This document shows, piece by piece, positions 1-10,033 of a stretch of 64,000 nt of DNA (positions are counted from its first letter, which is position 1; each line of letters opens with the position of its first letter). The DNA is taken from the NCBI GenBank assembly GCA_025055295.1, contig JANWWW010000001.1:1513-65512 (forward strand). The letters run 5' to 3'. The notes beneath the pieces were generated by a model. That model saw only the letters and a list, made by a program, of their open reading frames with translations. It searched no databases and was not told the origin of the DNA. Source of the DNA: Deltaproteobacteria bacterium (GTDB lineage: Bacteria; Bdellovibrionota_C; UBA2361; JANWWW01). A program made the position numbers and the translations under genes.

Positions 1-1
1 A

Positions 2-1156
2 ACAGATTGCTATTTCATGCTAAGCATATTCAGGGAATTAGGTGGAAATTTTACGTGGTTAGACAATCAGACTTTGGGTTTAGGTTTTAGCAAGGCAAAA
101 TCCGATACTTTGCTTCTTCCTTACGTAACCGCAGTCAGAGCAAGTATATTGTTTGTTCCAGCAATTTTATTCGCTTTTGATCATTGCAAAATTTTCTTAC
201 CGGGGGGAGACTCTTTCTCTCCAAGGCCGGTTAATTACCATATGGCAATTTTCGAAGAGTTTGGGTTCAAATGCAGCTTGTCAAAGAATTATTTAAGCAT
301 AAACCGTTCCAGGCGAACACCGAACAGAGTAACGATTAATTTGCCATTTGCTTCGGTTGGAGCAACTCAGCAAGCCATTCTCATGGCTACTTTTTTCAGA
401 GTGAACACTGAAATTTTTAATGCGGCTTTCGAGCCCGAAATTTTAGATTTAATGAAATTTATAAAGAGCCTCGGCGTAAAATTTCAGGTTTTGTTTAGTC
501 GAAAGTTGATAAGGGTTTTCCCGGCTAAAAGATCAAAACCAAGGAAATCTCATATCTTCAAAGTTCAAGGTGACAGGATCGAGTTTATAACGTGGTGCAT
601 CCTCGGAGCCTTGTGTGGGGATCTGGTCAGGGTTACAGGTTACCCTGTTAAGTGGCTCAAGAGACCTTTAGAAGTTATTCACGAAACTGGAGCACGGATT
701 AAGGTGGAAAGTAAAGATACTGTCCTTGTAAAAACTCAAGGAAGAATAAAAAGGGTTTCTGTCGAATGCAAACCGTACCCTGAGTTTCCCACTGATGCCC
801 AGCCACTTCTGGCAGTTTTAGCCACACAGTGTGACGGCAATTCCACAATCACCGATACTGTTTTCCCTTCACGGTTTTCGCACTGCGAAGAGCTAAAAAA
901 AATGGGAGCACAAATTACGGTTAAAGGAAATAGCCTTACTGTAAAGGGACCAACTAAACTTCTTGGAGCGTCAGTTTTGAGCCATGATATAAGAGCGTCA
1001 GCCAGTCTGATCGTGGCTGGAATAATTGCCGAAGGTGAAACGACTGTCGACGGAATACATCACTTAAAGAGAGGTTATGAAAAATTCGATGAAAAATTGA
1101 GGTCCCTCGGCGCCAATATCTTCACGATGGAGCAGGAAGTAGATCATTTTTGTTGA
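2..1156 (+). CDS. murA: UDP-N-acetylglucosamine 1-carboxyvinyltransferase (5' end runs off the window)
   Basis: Motifs RAS, LPGGD..RP, SVGAT, NAAFEPE, DRIE, PYPEFPTDAQ, RF.H.EEL.KMGA, DIRA, RGYE; frame is open from base 2. Confidence 0.96.
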   Translation, partial: TDCYFMLSIFRELGGNFTWLDNQTLGLGFSKAKSDTLLLPYVTAVRASILFVPAILFAFDHCKIFLPGGDSFSPRPVNYHMAIFEEFGFKCSLSKNYLSINRSRRTPNRVTINLPFASVGATQQAILMATFFRVNTEIFNAAFEPEILDLMKFIKSLGVKFQVLFSRKLIRVFPAKRSKPRKSHIFKVQGDRIEFITWCILGALCGDLVRVTGYPVKWLKRPLEVIHETGARIKVESKDTVLVKTQGRIKRVSVECKPYPEFPTDAQPLLAVLATQCDGNSTITDTVFPSRFSHCEELKKMGAQITVKGNSLTVKGPTKLLGASVLSHDIRASASLIVAGIIAEGETTVDGIHHLKRGYEKFDEKLRSLGANIFTMEQEVDHFC

Positions 1157-1192
1157 AAAAACTGAAATTCGAGGTTAGAAACTTATTAAAGC

Positions 1193-2353
1193 ATGTTAAA
1201 AATTTTTGGTGAGCACCTTGTAGACCCTGAGTCCGTAAAACAGATGGAAATGGCTATGAGACTTCCCGTTACAGTTGCTGGAGCGTTAATGCCAGACAGT
1301 CATGTAGGATACGGAATACCGATAGGAGGTGTCATAGCGTTAAAAAATGCCGTAATTCCTTATGCGGTCGGAGTAGATATTGCATGCCGAGTCAAACTAA
1401 CCATTTTTAACCTTGATGAGCAATTCTTATCAAAAAATTTAGATCATCTTTCCGAAATTTTAAAGAAAAAGACTTTTTTCGGTGTTGGATGTAAAAATCC
1501 ACTCAAAGAACATCACGATGTTCTAGACGACCCACGTTGGCATGCAAGTAAATTCATTAGCAGTATCAAGGACCTTGCGCGAGATCAAATTGGAACAAGC
1601 GGATCCGGCAATCATTTTGTGGAATTTGGAACAATCACTTTTTTAAAGGACTTTGACAAGTTCAAACTGGGTCAAACATTCCTTGGGCTTGTCAGTCACA
1701 GTGGCAGTAGGGGTTTTGGGGCAAAGGTATGTCAGTACTACAGCAATATGGCTAAAAGAGTTAACCCAAAAAGCAAGGAGGCGCAGCACCTGTCCTGGCT
1801 AAACATTCCAGGGGAAGGTGAAGAATATTGGACAGCAATGTCCCTTGCGGGAGACTATGCGTCAGCAAACCATTTTTTAATACATCGTCGGATAGCAAAA
1901 GCTTTAGGTGAGGAACCGTTATTTTCGATGGAAAATCACCACAATTTCGCGTGGAAAGAAAAAATAGGAGAGCAAGAGCTAATAGTTCACCGTAAAGGGG
2001 CAACACCGGCTGGAAAAGGTCAACTTGGATACATTCCTGGCACTATGGCCGATCCGGGATTCCTAGTTGTTGGCAAGGGAAATCCTTTATCACTTAATTC
2101 AAGCGCTCACGGAGCAGGAAGAGTCATGTCAAGAAGAAAAGCAAAAGCCGAGTTGCGTTATGAACGAGATGTGCTTGAAAAATCCGCAAGATGCGGAGTA
2201 CGGGTGATACGAGCCGGAAGAGACGAAAGCCCGCTGGTATATAAGAATATCCGCGATGTGATGAACGCTCAGTTTGATTGTGTTGAAATCATAGCTGAGT
2301 TCCACCCTCGATTGGTAATGATGGCTGGAGAGGACGAAGAACCTGAGGATTAG
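1193..2353 (+). CDS. rtcB: RtcB-family RNA 3'-phosphate/2',3'-cyclic-phosphate ligase
   Basis: MPDSH.GYGIPIGG, VGVDIAC, GTSGSGNHFVE, HSGSRG, NHHN, HRKGAT, PGTM, HGAGR, DESP.YK. Confidence 0.95.
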   Translation: MLKIFGEHLVDPESVKQMEMAMRLPVTVAGALMPDSHVGYGIPIGGVIALKNAVIPYAVGVDIACRVKLTIFNLDEQFLSKNLDHLSEILKKKTFFGVGCKNPLKEHHDVLDDPRWHASKFISSIKDLARDQIGTSGSGNHFVEFGTITFLKDFDKFKLGQTFLGLVSHSGSRGFGAKVCQYYSNMAKRVNPKSKEAQHLSWLNIPGEGEEYWTAMSLAGDYASANHFLIHRRIAKALGEEPLFSMENHHNFAWKEKIGEQELIVHRKGATPAGKGQLGYIPGTMADPGFLVVGKGNPLSLNSSAHGAGRVMSRRKAKAELRYERDVLEKSARCGVRVIRAGRDESPLVYKNIRDVMNAQFDCVEIIAEFHPRLVMMAGEDEEPED

Positions 2354-2475
2354 AAAAATATGTTTTAGTAACATATAGTCGATTCAACAAACTGGGGAAA
2401 AAACAGTAGATTGGGAAGCGGCAAACCTTTCATCGGCATCGGCAAACCAGACTGGTAATGAAAACCATCGGCTTG

Positions 2476-2498
2476 TTTAAAAAGTGGCACTTTTAAAA
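2476..2498. promoter_or_regulatory. Dyad-symmetric site (AAAAGTG-G-CACTTTT), possible operator
   Basis: Perfect 7-bp inverted repeat (2480-2494) with 1-nt centre, extended by TTTA/TAAA flanks, in the spacer after rtcB. Confidence 0.25.
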
Positions 2499-2688
2499 GA
2501 GTAAGCGCATTCAAAAACATTCTAATACTCCGAAACCTTTTTAAATTTCGTTGGTTATTCCTAAGTTCATAATCATTTTTCGACCTGTTCTTAATTAATG
2601 CGTACCAAGTTTAATCATACTTCAAACGATATCGCCCCATTTTACTTGATATTTGATTTATTCGAGAACTTGTCTTAAAATTTAAAAA

Positions 2689-3525
2689 ATGATGAACCAA
2701 TCACTAAAGAGCGTTCCCATGACAATTATAAATGTAATCAAAAACTCTCTTAGGCAGACCCCTCAAGTAGTTAAAAACTACAGCCGTGTAATTGCAACTT
2801 GTGGCATAGCTTTGGGATTGATGACAAATTCCGGATATACCCAAGGAACCGTGTCCGGCAAGCCCGTTGAAAGCACAAAAGTCACAACTGCTCCTAGCAA
2901 TCAAAAAGAGATTGATTTGAGAACAAGTCATCCCAATCGCGACGATCTTAATTTATCGGGAATTTCGTCTATACAAAACGTCATTGGAGGTTTTGAACGT
3001 GAGCTAAATGTTTTGGAGTATCATCTCGCGCAGTATTTTGAGAAAAATCTGCCCACTGCAAGGGACCAAGTGGTTTGGCAGGCACAATTCTTGAATGAAA
3101 AGTTTGACGAGTTTGAAAAGAACTTGAACCGTATGCTCAAAGACGCACCATCTGTAATCCAAGAACCAATGAAGGAAGAGACCAAGAGACTGATCCATCA
3201 TTGGCGAGATCTTAAAAGTGATCTTGACAACCTGCTTAATGACAACCGAAGAAAAAGACCAATAGAAGTAGAAAGTTCACTGAAGGACATGCGTTTGGCG
3301 TTGGTTCAATACAAGGACAGAACAAACATGTTCATAAATTCTTGGGAAGAGTGGAACAGACTAGACTCTTACGCAAAGCAAGCGCCTTTGGTGGCTTTAG
3401 TTGGGATTGGCTTGAGTCTATTTTTCGCTCATTCTTGTAGCCGGAGTCATCAGAAAGACGAAAAAACTCCTGAAGATACAGTTATCATTCCTATAACGCG
3501 CTCAAAATTACGTCGCTTTATCTAA
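2689..3525 (+). CDS. Hypothetical exported helical/coiled-coil protein with C-terminal membrane anchor
   Basis: 278-aa ORF; hydrophobic stretch near N-term (IATCGIALGLM), helical charged core, C-terminal TM (LVALVGIGLSLFF). Confidence 0.65.
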   Translation: MMNQSLKSVPMTIINVIKNSLRQTPQVVKNYSRVIATCGIALGLMTNSGYTQGTVSGKPVESTKVTTAPSNQKEIDLRTSHPNRDDLNLSGISSIQNVIGGFERELNVLEYHLAQYFEKNLPTARDQVVWQAQFLNEKFDEFEKNLNRMLKDAPSVIQEPMKEETKRLIHHWRDLKSDLDNLLNDNRRKRPIEVESSLKDMRLALVQYKDRTNMFINSWEEWNRLDSYAKQAPLVALVGIGLSLFFAHSCSRSHQKDEKTPEDTVIIPITRSKLRRFI

Positions 3526-4074
3526 ATTTATCTAAATGGTTTTCTTTTTGTTTCAAAGATTTATTAAAAGCATAACAAAAACAGCTCGGGAAATCACGCT
3601 CAAGCAAGAACTTACCGGCAAGTACTTGTATCTGAGTTTTACAAGCTTAGAATATCATAAGAACTATTATTTTTCATTGTCGAAGCAATTGTGGCAAAAC
3701 GAAATTTTTGGCAGGCCTGCTACAAAGTTTAGACGAAAAGAGATTACCAAAAGCCATTGAAAATAAGTTTTTAGCCATCTTAATACGGAATTGTGGCAAT
3801 AGATTAGAATCTTTCGACTTAATTTGGTCGTAGTTTGCAGCACGCTAATAATCAAACTAATTTGGTCATCTTGTTGGACTTAACCATTAAACACATTCAG
3901 TAAGAGGACCACTAAATATACCGCTTGTTATCCAAAAAAACCCTTGCTTTAGAGCCTAAAAAAATCAAACTTTTGGCCGGTCATCAAATCAGAAAACTGA
4001 GTTTCAACAAGTGTAACATTAAAATTTTTCGACGGCTCAATAAATTCTGTTGCGTTTACTTGGTAATTAGTATT

Positions 4075-5475
4075 TCATCTAAAATCCTTTATGTTTATTC
4101 CGAATTTTTTGTACTCGGCAAGTTTGTTTCGCAAAGTACGTGAACTAACACCAAGGATTTCTGCCGCTTTCGATTGGTTACCGTTTGTGTGTTTTAAGGT
4201 AGCCAAGATCAAAGTTCGTTCAACTTCTTCCAAACTCATTCCAACTTCAAGAATTATTTTCTTTCCATCACTTGACGGCAACTGATCAATGACAGGCGAA
4301 ATTTGCTCGATATCGATTGTTTCTATTTCAACATTAAAACTTTGTAAATCATTTTGAAAGAAAATTTCGGGGGAGAGTTTGCCCCCTGCATGAAGAAGCA
4401 CACTTGCCCTTTCGCACGCGTTCTGCAGCTCTCTGACATTTCCCGGCCAGTCATAATTTACAAGTGCCTCAATCAAGGCCTGATCCGTAACTCTTACATC
4501 TTTTTTAAATTTTCTGAGAAAATGCTCCAATAGAATTGGTATGTCGTCCTTTCTTTCCCTAAGTGGCGGTACCTTCAAAGGAACAACATTTATTCGATAA
4601 AACAAATCCCAGCGAAATTTCCCCTCTTTGCACAAACTTAAAAGGTTTTTGTTTGTTACAGAAATTAATCTAAAGTCAACAGGAATCAACTCTGTCCCAC
4701 CTAACCTTTCAATTTTCTTTTCCTGAAGGACTCTTAAAAGCTTTACCTGAAGTGGCAGGGGCAGTTCTGATATTTCATCCAGTATGAGAGTTCCATTATG
4801 CGCAATTTCAATTTTACCTAGCTTTCGCTTATCCGCCCCCGTGAAGGCTCCCTTTTCAAAACCAAAAAGTTCAGACTCTAAAAGATTTTCAGGAATAGCG
4901 CCACAATTAATTATCACACATGGGCCTTGATGTCGATGGCTCATGGCATGGATTGCTCTGGCTAAAACCTCTTTGCCTACTCCAGACTCGCCTTCGATCA
5001 AAACAGAGCAATCGCTAGGAGCAACCAGTTCACAAATCCGTAAAAGATTAATCATTTTATCGTTTTGCGTGACAACGGGAACACCCACATCCTTGAGCGG
5101 AACACACTGTCGCTTATTCCATTTCAGGCTGCTCTCTATTGATCTCTCAAGCTCCGGCAGACTAAAAGGTTTCTGAATAAAATCATCTGCCCCCTCTTTC
5201 ATGGCCTCAACAGCGCTCTCAACACTTCCAAAGGCAGTGATAACAATAACGTAGACTGAAGGATTTTTTTGCTTGACCACCTTCAATAGGCTAATCCCAT
5301 CAACACCGGGAAGCCGTTGATCCGTTACTAAAACATCTATTTTCCTTCCACTTTCTACAATGTCAAGAGCCTTTTCAGCTGTATCCGCCTCTAAGACAAC
5401 CCATTTTTCTTTTAAACACTCAATTAAAGACGACCTCAAAACGGGATCGTCTTCAACGATTAGAACTTGCTTCAT
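4075..5475 (-). CDS. Sigma-54-dependent response regulator (NtrC/FleR-like: REC-AAA+-HTH)
   Basis: VLIVEDD..D..LPG.DG receiver; GESGVGKE Walker A; GAFTGA; LDEI; WPGNVREL; Fis-type HTH. Start taken at MKQVL. Confidence 0.95.
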   Translation of the reverse strand: MKQVLIVEDDPVLRSSLIECLKEKWVVLEADTAEKALDIVESGRKIDVLVTDQRLPGVDGISLLKVVKQKNPSVYVIVITAFGSVESAVEAMKEGADDFIQKPFSLPELERSIESSLKWNKRQCVPLKDVGVPVVTQNDKMINLLRICELVAPSDCSVLIEGESGVGKEVLARAIHAMSHRHQGPCVIINCGAIPENLLESELFGFEKGAFTGADKRKLGKIEIAHNGTLILDEISELPLPLQVKLLRVLQEKKIERLGGTELIPVDFRLISVTNKNLLSLCKEGKFRWDLFYRINVVPLKVPPLRERKDDIPILLEHFLRKFKKDVRVTDQALIEALVNYDWPGNVRELQNACERASVLLHAGGKLSPEIFFQNDLQSFNVEIETIDIEQISPVIDQLPSSDGKKIILEVGMSLEEVERTLILATLKHTNGNQSKAAEILGVSSRTLRNKLAEYKKFGINIKDFR

Positions 5476-6244
5476 TTTTGAAAAAAACAATTTGAACCCA
5501 CGCCCAGATTTCAGACTTAGTTTCGATATTTTGCAGCCTTAAGTAACCACCGTGAGCAACTACAAGCTCATTTACAACACTGAGGCCTAGTCCTGTTCCC
5601 CTCGAGAAATAAGACCGAAACGGTTTGATCGAGTCCGTTGTGTAACCGTCCGGAAATCCCCCCCCGTTGTCAACTATATTAAGAATGACTTTGTCTTCGT
5701 CGTTTTTTACATGAATTTTAATTATACGCTTCCCAAACGACACTCGTTGAACTGCTTTTAAAGAGTTACTTACCACATTGTAAGTAATTCTCTGCAGAGC
5801 TTTCTCGTCCGCATAAAGGTAACAAAAAGCTGGAGCCTCAAACTGGACCTCTACGGTCTCTAATTCGCTGACTGCATGAATTGCGCTTAAAATGGCGTCC
5901 CGAATGTTAACCAATCGCAATGTAAGTCTTCTGGCTTTGTGAAAAAACATGATATGCTCAATTATGTCATCCACGTTTTCGCACGCTGTCTCAATAATTT
6001 TCACAACTTTTGAAAGTTCCGCGTCCAATAATTTTTCCCGTAAAATTCCTGTAGCCAGTTTTATTGAACTGATGGGATTCCGAATTTCATGAGCTAATAA
6101 AGTCGCCGTTTCAGAAATCAACTCAAGTCCGTGGTCTCTGGTCACAAATGAAGTGTGATTTTCCACGTCGACTTCGTTCTCAAGTTTGTTATTGTTTTCA
6201 AAAACAGACTTTAACGTCTCATTATTCATGTTTGCCGCACTCAT
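5453..6244 (-). CDS. Cytoplasmic sensor histidine kinase (HisKA + HATPase), FleS/FlrB-like
   Basis: LAHEIRNP H-box, N-box NVVSNS, DNGGG, F-box, GTGLGL; no TM or obvious sensor domain. Confidence 0.9.
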   Translation of the reverse strand: MSAANMNNETLKSVFENNNKLENEVDVENHTSFVTRDHGLELISETATLLAHEIRNPISSIKLATGILREKLLDAELSKVVKIIETACENVDDIIEHIMFFHKARRLTLRLVNIRDAILSAIHAVSELETVEVQFEAPAFCYLYADEKALQRITYNVVSNSLKAVQRVSFGKRIIKIHVKNDEDKVILNIVDNGGGFPDGYTTDSIKPFRSYFSRGTGLGLSVVNELVVAHGGYLRLQNIETKSEIWAWVQIVFFKNEASSNR

Positions 6245-6935
6245 TTAACAAGTCTTCGGTTATATTGAGCAAATCGTAATTGTTAAAAGCACGCGCCTTG
6301 AAGGCTGTTTTTAAACATGGGCTAAGCTGTTTTTGTTCAAATGTATTGTCGAGCCACGAATAAAGATTGTCTTTTACCTGAAAAATCTTTAAAGAATCCG
6401 CTAAAAGCGGCGCAATCTTTCTAATTTCCTGCGCTGAAAGATTTTTTAACAAACTGATGGCAGTCTCCAAGTCTGCGCTTTTAAGAAGAGCTTCAATTAT
6501 GATCGCGTCCGAAGCACTATCACCAATATGACCATTAGAACGAAACCAGTTAACTATCTGGTCAAAACTTCCGAGCTTTCTCAAACAAAAAAGACGAAGT
6601 CTGTTAAGATTTGCCGAAGAAACACCTAGACCCTCCAGTTCTTCAATAGCTTTGACACATTCTTCGTGCTTGGATAATCGAAAAGAAATAATGGCTTTTA
6701 AAAGCAGTGAGTGCAATCTTTCTTCATAATTTGGAACATCCATTGAATTGAGAAGCGCAAAAGCTTTAGCGTCTAAACCAAGCGAAAAGTAAGCGATGGC
6801 TTTCTTCAAAGGAGGATTACTTTCGTTTCTTAAAATATCCACTGCGGACGACATAGACATTGGAACAATCTCAATACGAATTTCCGCGATTAAAAAACTT
6901 AAAATGAAAAATGTTATCAGGCGGCCTCCTTGCAT
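6222..6935 (-). CDS. TPR-like helical repeat protein
   Basis: 237-aa ORF overlapping both neighbours; TPR-like amphipathic helices. Confidence 0.6.
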   Translation of the reverse strand: MQGGRLITFFILSFLIAEIRIEIVPMSMSSAVDILRNESNPPLKKAIAYFSLGLDAKAFALLNSMDVPNYEERLHSLLLKAIISFRLSKHEECVKAIEELEGLGVSSANLNRLRLFCLRKLGSFDQIVNWFRSNGHIGDSASDAIIIEALLKSADLETAISLLKNLSAQEIRKIAPLLADSLKIFQVKDNLYSWLDNTFEQKQLSPCLKTAFKARAFNNYDLLNITEDLLNECGKHE

Positions 6936-7951
6936 AATCTTTTTAGTTTTTCAATTAATGTCGTTCGGTTTATATTCAAAAACTGCGCAGCTAACGATTT
7001 GTTTCCGTTTGCTTTGTTTAAAGCTCTTAGAATTAGCTCTTTTTCTATGTCCTGAAGCAACCGTTGAAGATCGATACCATCTAACTCCCAAACCCCAGTT
7101 ATTTTATTGAAAAGGTCATTAACATTCTGTTCTTCGGGTGTCATATCACCTGTTTCCATTTCCTCTAAAGTTATATCGGCGACATTTTGCGCCGCTACCG
7201 TCTCTAAGACGTGTCTCGGAAGATCATTCACGGTAACCATATCTCCCTCAGCTAAAAGAACAACCCGTTCAAGAATATTTTGCAGTTCTCTAACATTCCC
7301 TCGAAAATCGTAGCGTGACAAGACTGACACAAATTCGGGACTGAGTTTAAGGCTTCTTGAGTATTTTCTGCAGAATTTATCAAAAAAATGCCTACACAAA
7401 ACAGGTATATCTTCCCGTCTTTCTCTAAGAGGAGGCAGCTCTACGTGCACAACATCCAACCGATACAAAAGATCTTCCCGAAATGTGCCGTTCTTAACTT
7501 CCAAGTGCAAATTTTTGTTTGTTGCCACAACAAGCCTAACATCAATCTTTTCATCAGTAGAGCTACCCACTTTCTGAACACTTTTTTCCTGTATAATCCT
7601 TAAAAGCTTCGCTTGCAGCCTATAACTCATGTCCCCGATCTCATCCAAGAACAGAGTCCCCCCATGAGCAGATTGAAACTTTCCTTCGCGAGTGGTTGTA
7701 GCACCTGTGAATGCTCCTTTAACATACCCAAAAAGTTCCGATTCCAGTATATCCTCTGGTATTGCAGCACAGTTTAGACCTATGAAAGCACCCCTTCTCC
7801 CTGAGAGTCTATGAATAGCCCTTGCAATCAACTCTTTTCCTGTTCCACTTTCACCCGTAATAAGTACGGTGGCGTCCGATGGTGCCACTCGTTCTATCAT
7901 TTGACAAATCTTTTTCATTTTGCTTGATACTGTAACAATACCCTCAAACAT
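6917..7951 (-). CDS. Sigma-54 enhancer-binding protein without receiver domain (FleQ/FlrA-like)
   Basis: Begins directly at the AAA+ domain; GESGTGKE, ESELFG, GAFTGA, LFLDEIG, GNVREL; C-terminal HTH (GNKSLAAQFLNINRTTL). Confidence 0.92.
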   Translation of the reverse strand: MFEGIVTVSSKMKKICQMIERVAPSDATVLITGESGTGKELIARAIHRLSGRRGAFIGLNCAAIPEDILESELFGYVKGAFTGATTTREGKFQSAHGGTLFLDEIGDMSYRLQAKLLRIIQEKSVQKVGSSTDEKIDVRLVVATNKNLHLEVKNGTFREDLLYRLDVVHVELPPLRERREDIPVLCRHFFDKFCRKYSRSLKLSPEFVSVLSRYDFRGNVRELQNILERVVLLAEGDMVTVNDLPRHVLETVAAQNVADITLEEMETGDMTPEEQNVNDLFNKITGVWELDGIDLQRLLQDIEKELILRALNKANGNKSLAAQFLNINRTTLIEKLKRLCKEAA

Positions 7952-7984
7952 GCCTTTTACCTAAAGTTCTAGCAAATTAACCTA

Positions 7985-10033
7985 TTAAGTTAATTGTCCG
8001 TCAAAATCGCCGTTTGAATGAATTGATCCTAACTTAGACCATAAATCCATAACTTCCTTGTTTTCAGAGTCTAGCTCAATAAAACGCTTTACCCATACTT
8101 TCGCTTCCTCGTAGTCACCAGCCCGTATCAAGAGGTCGGTCAATCCCAAGATTGCCCTAAGATTTATAGGATTAACTCTAAGAGCTTTCTTGTAAAACTC
8201 TCTCGCTGAGTTGACATCCCCATCGAACTCCGCCAGAAGCCCCAATCCAGCCCATGCAAGATCGAGGTTTGGATCTAACTCTACCGCTCGGCTAAAATGT
8301 TTTCTACTTGCCTCCAGGTCTTCCCGAAGAAGAGCTACTGTCCCCTTGATACCCAGCCACCTTGCGTTATCCGGAAAAGTATATTCAAAGTATTGATAAT
8401 TTGTGTCAAAAAATTTTAACTCGCCCAGTAAAACCTTTAATTCAACCATCAAAAACTGAATTTTTTCTAAAATATCAGTCGGTAAATTTTTGTCATACAC
8501 CTCAACTAGAACTTCAAACGCTTTGGAATAATCGCCGTGTCGTTTTAATTTTTCAGCCATTCTAATCTTTTCTTCAACGTTATCATCACTCATCTTTTCC
8601 GCAACTATTAACAGCTCGTTGTCTTCCTGGGTTTCATCCGCGCCATTTGCGCTATTTTCTACTGGAATATTATTGGAAGATGTAGAGGTTTTCTCCATGA
8701 TCAAACTCCTTAAAACGTTAGCTGACTCGTAGTCCGGTTTCCTTTTAGCTATTTCATCGAGAATCATTAACGATGCTCCATAATCCTCGCTTTTATAAAG
8801 CAATCCTGCCAAAGTAAAACACAAGTCAATATTCTCATAGTTCGTCCTTTCAAGATAATTTCGTAAGGCCGAGATGGCTCTATCAAATCTATTTGTTCGG
8901 TAAGCTAACTCGACCAATTTAAAAAGCGGCACAAGCGGTTGTGACGAGTTATCAATGCTTCTGGCAAAAAATTCTTCTGCTTTCTCAAAATGTCCTTGTT
9001 CCATCAACATGATGCCGACTGCACAAATTGTTTTGGGGTTGTCGGGTTCAAAAACGTAGCTTTCAAGAAGCCACTGCTTTGCCTCATCGACTTTTCCTTG
9101 ACTCAATAAGATAAGTCCTAATGCTCGCCTCAAGCGAGCCGAGGATTTGTTGGTTTCAAGCTCACTAAGCAACAGTTTGATCGAGCCCTCAAAGTCTCCT
9201 TTCCCAACAAGTTCCTCCACCAAATCAATAATTTCTTCCTCGTTTTTCCTGTTCATATTCAAATCAGTTCTAATGGTTTCTTCAAGGTTTCCTGAAAATT
9301 GAATTACACTAGCTTCTTTGTTTAGCCCCAAAGATTTTGATAAAGTTGCGCAGGAAAACTGACAATAAGGCTTAAAATAATAAGGCACATCGTTTAAGTA
9401 CTCATAAGAACAACCGTAACAACTGGTTACAATTTTTCTTCCCAGAGCGCACGACAATAACTCGACGAGTGGGAAGCTTGTTTCAATCGCTGGATTGACA
9501 ACGATAAGCGATTCTTTTATACGACAAATTAAGTCGTCTATGGTTTGAACGTAAAAAGATGGTCTTTCAAATTTTGCGTCAATTTCATCTAATAGAACTA
9601 TTGTTGCAGTTTGCGCTCTCTCACAGATTAAGTCGACAAGTTTTCTATCAAACTCCCACGGTCCCAAAACCAGAAGGAAATCATTCACAGGCTTGTGCGG
9701 ATGCTCTTTTAAAGCTTTTTGGAACAAAGTAAAACTTCTTAAATCGTACACGGAACACCAAGATTTTTTGAAATCGAACGTTATTTTCTTTGCGGCTACC
9801 TCCTGAAACCACTTGTAAAGCTTCGGGTTAGATATGAACCTTGAACCGATATGGCAGTCAACTACAACGGAAGGTGTAAAATCAGGCGGAGTAACTTCGT
9901 GTACCTCGGTTATCACATACCAGTTAGGGTCTGTACGTAAAGGCAAATCATTGGTTCGACCAAAGCACTTTTCGAGGAAGGAAGATATTATTGGAACTGA
10001 TCTTGAGAATAAATACTGATTTCTATTTGTCAT
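7985..10033 (-). CDS. Large TPR-repeat protein
   Basis: Multiple TPR motifs (LGLILLSQGKVDEA, AVELDPNLDLAWAGLG, ALRVNP); unassigned N-terminal ~250 aa. Confidence 0.85.
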   Translation of the reverse strand: MTNRNQYLFSRSVPIISSFLEKCFGRTNDLPLRTDPNWYVITEVHEVTPPDFTPSVVVDCHIGSRFISNPKLYKWFQEVAAKKITFDFKKSWCSVYDLRSFTLFQKALKEHPHKPVNDFLLVLGPWEFDRKLVDLICERAQTATIVLLDEIDAKFERPSFYVQTIDDLICRIKESLIVVNPAIETSFPLVELLSCALGRKIVTSCYGCSYEYLNDVPYYFKPYCQFSCATLSKSLGLNKEASVIQFSGNLEETIRTDLNMNRKNEEEIIDLVEELVGKGDFEGSIKLLLSELETNKSSARLRRALGLILLSQGKVDEAKQWLLESYVFEPDNPKTICAVGIMLMEQGHFEKAEEFFARSIDNSSQPLVPLFKLVELAYRTNRFDRAISALRNYLERTNYENIDLCFTLAGLLYKSEDYGASLMILDEIAKRKPDYESANVLRSLIMEKTSTSSNNIPVENSANGADETQEDNELLIVAEKMSDDNVEEKIRMAEKLKRHGDYSKAFEVLVEVYDKNLPTDILEKIQFLMVELKVLLGELKFFDTNYQYFEYTFPDNARWLGIKGTVALLREDLEASRKHFSRAVELDPNLDLAWAGLGLLAEFDGDVNSAREFYKKALRVNPINLRAILGLTDLLIRAGDYEEAKVWVKRFIELDSENKEVMDLWSKLGSIHSNGDFDGQLT

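Noticed and set aside
3526..4074. ORFs 3536-3760, 3667-3855, 3925-4143 and sigma-54-like TGGC sites
   Set aside because: The ORFs have no motifs. The best site (TTGGTCGTAGTTTGCA) has 9 rather than 10 nt between GG and GC.
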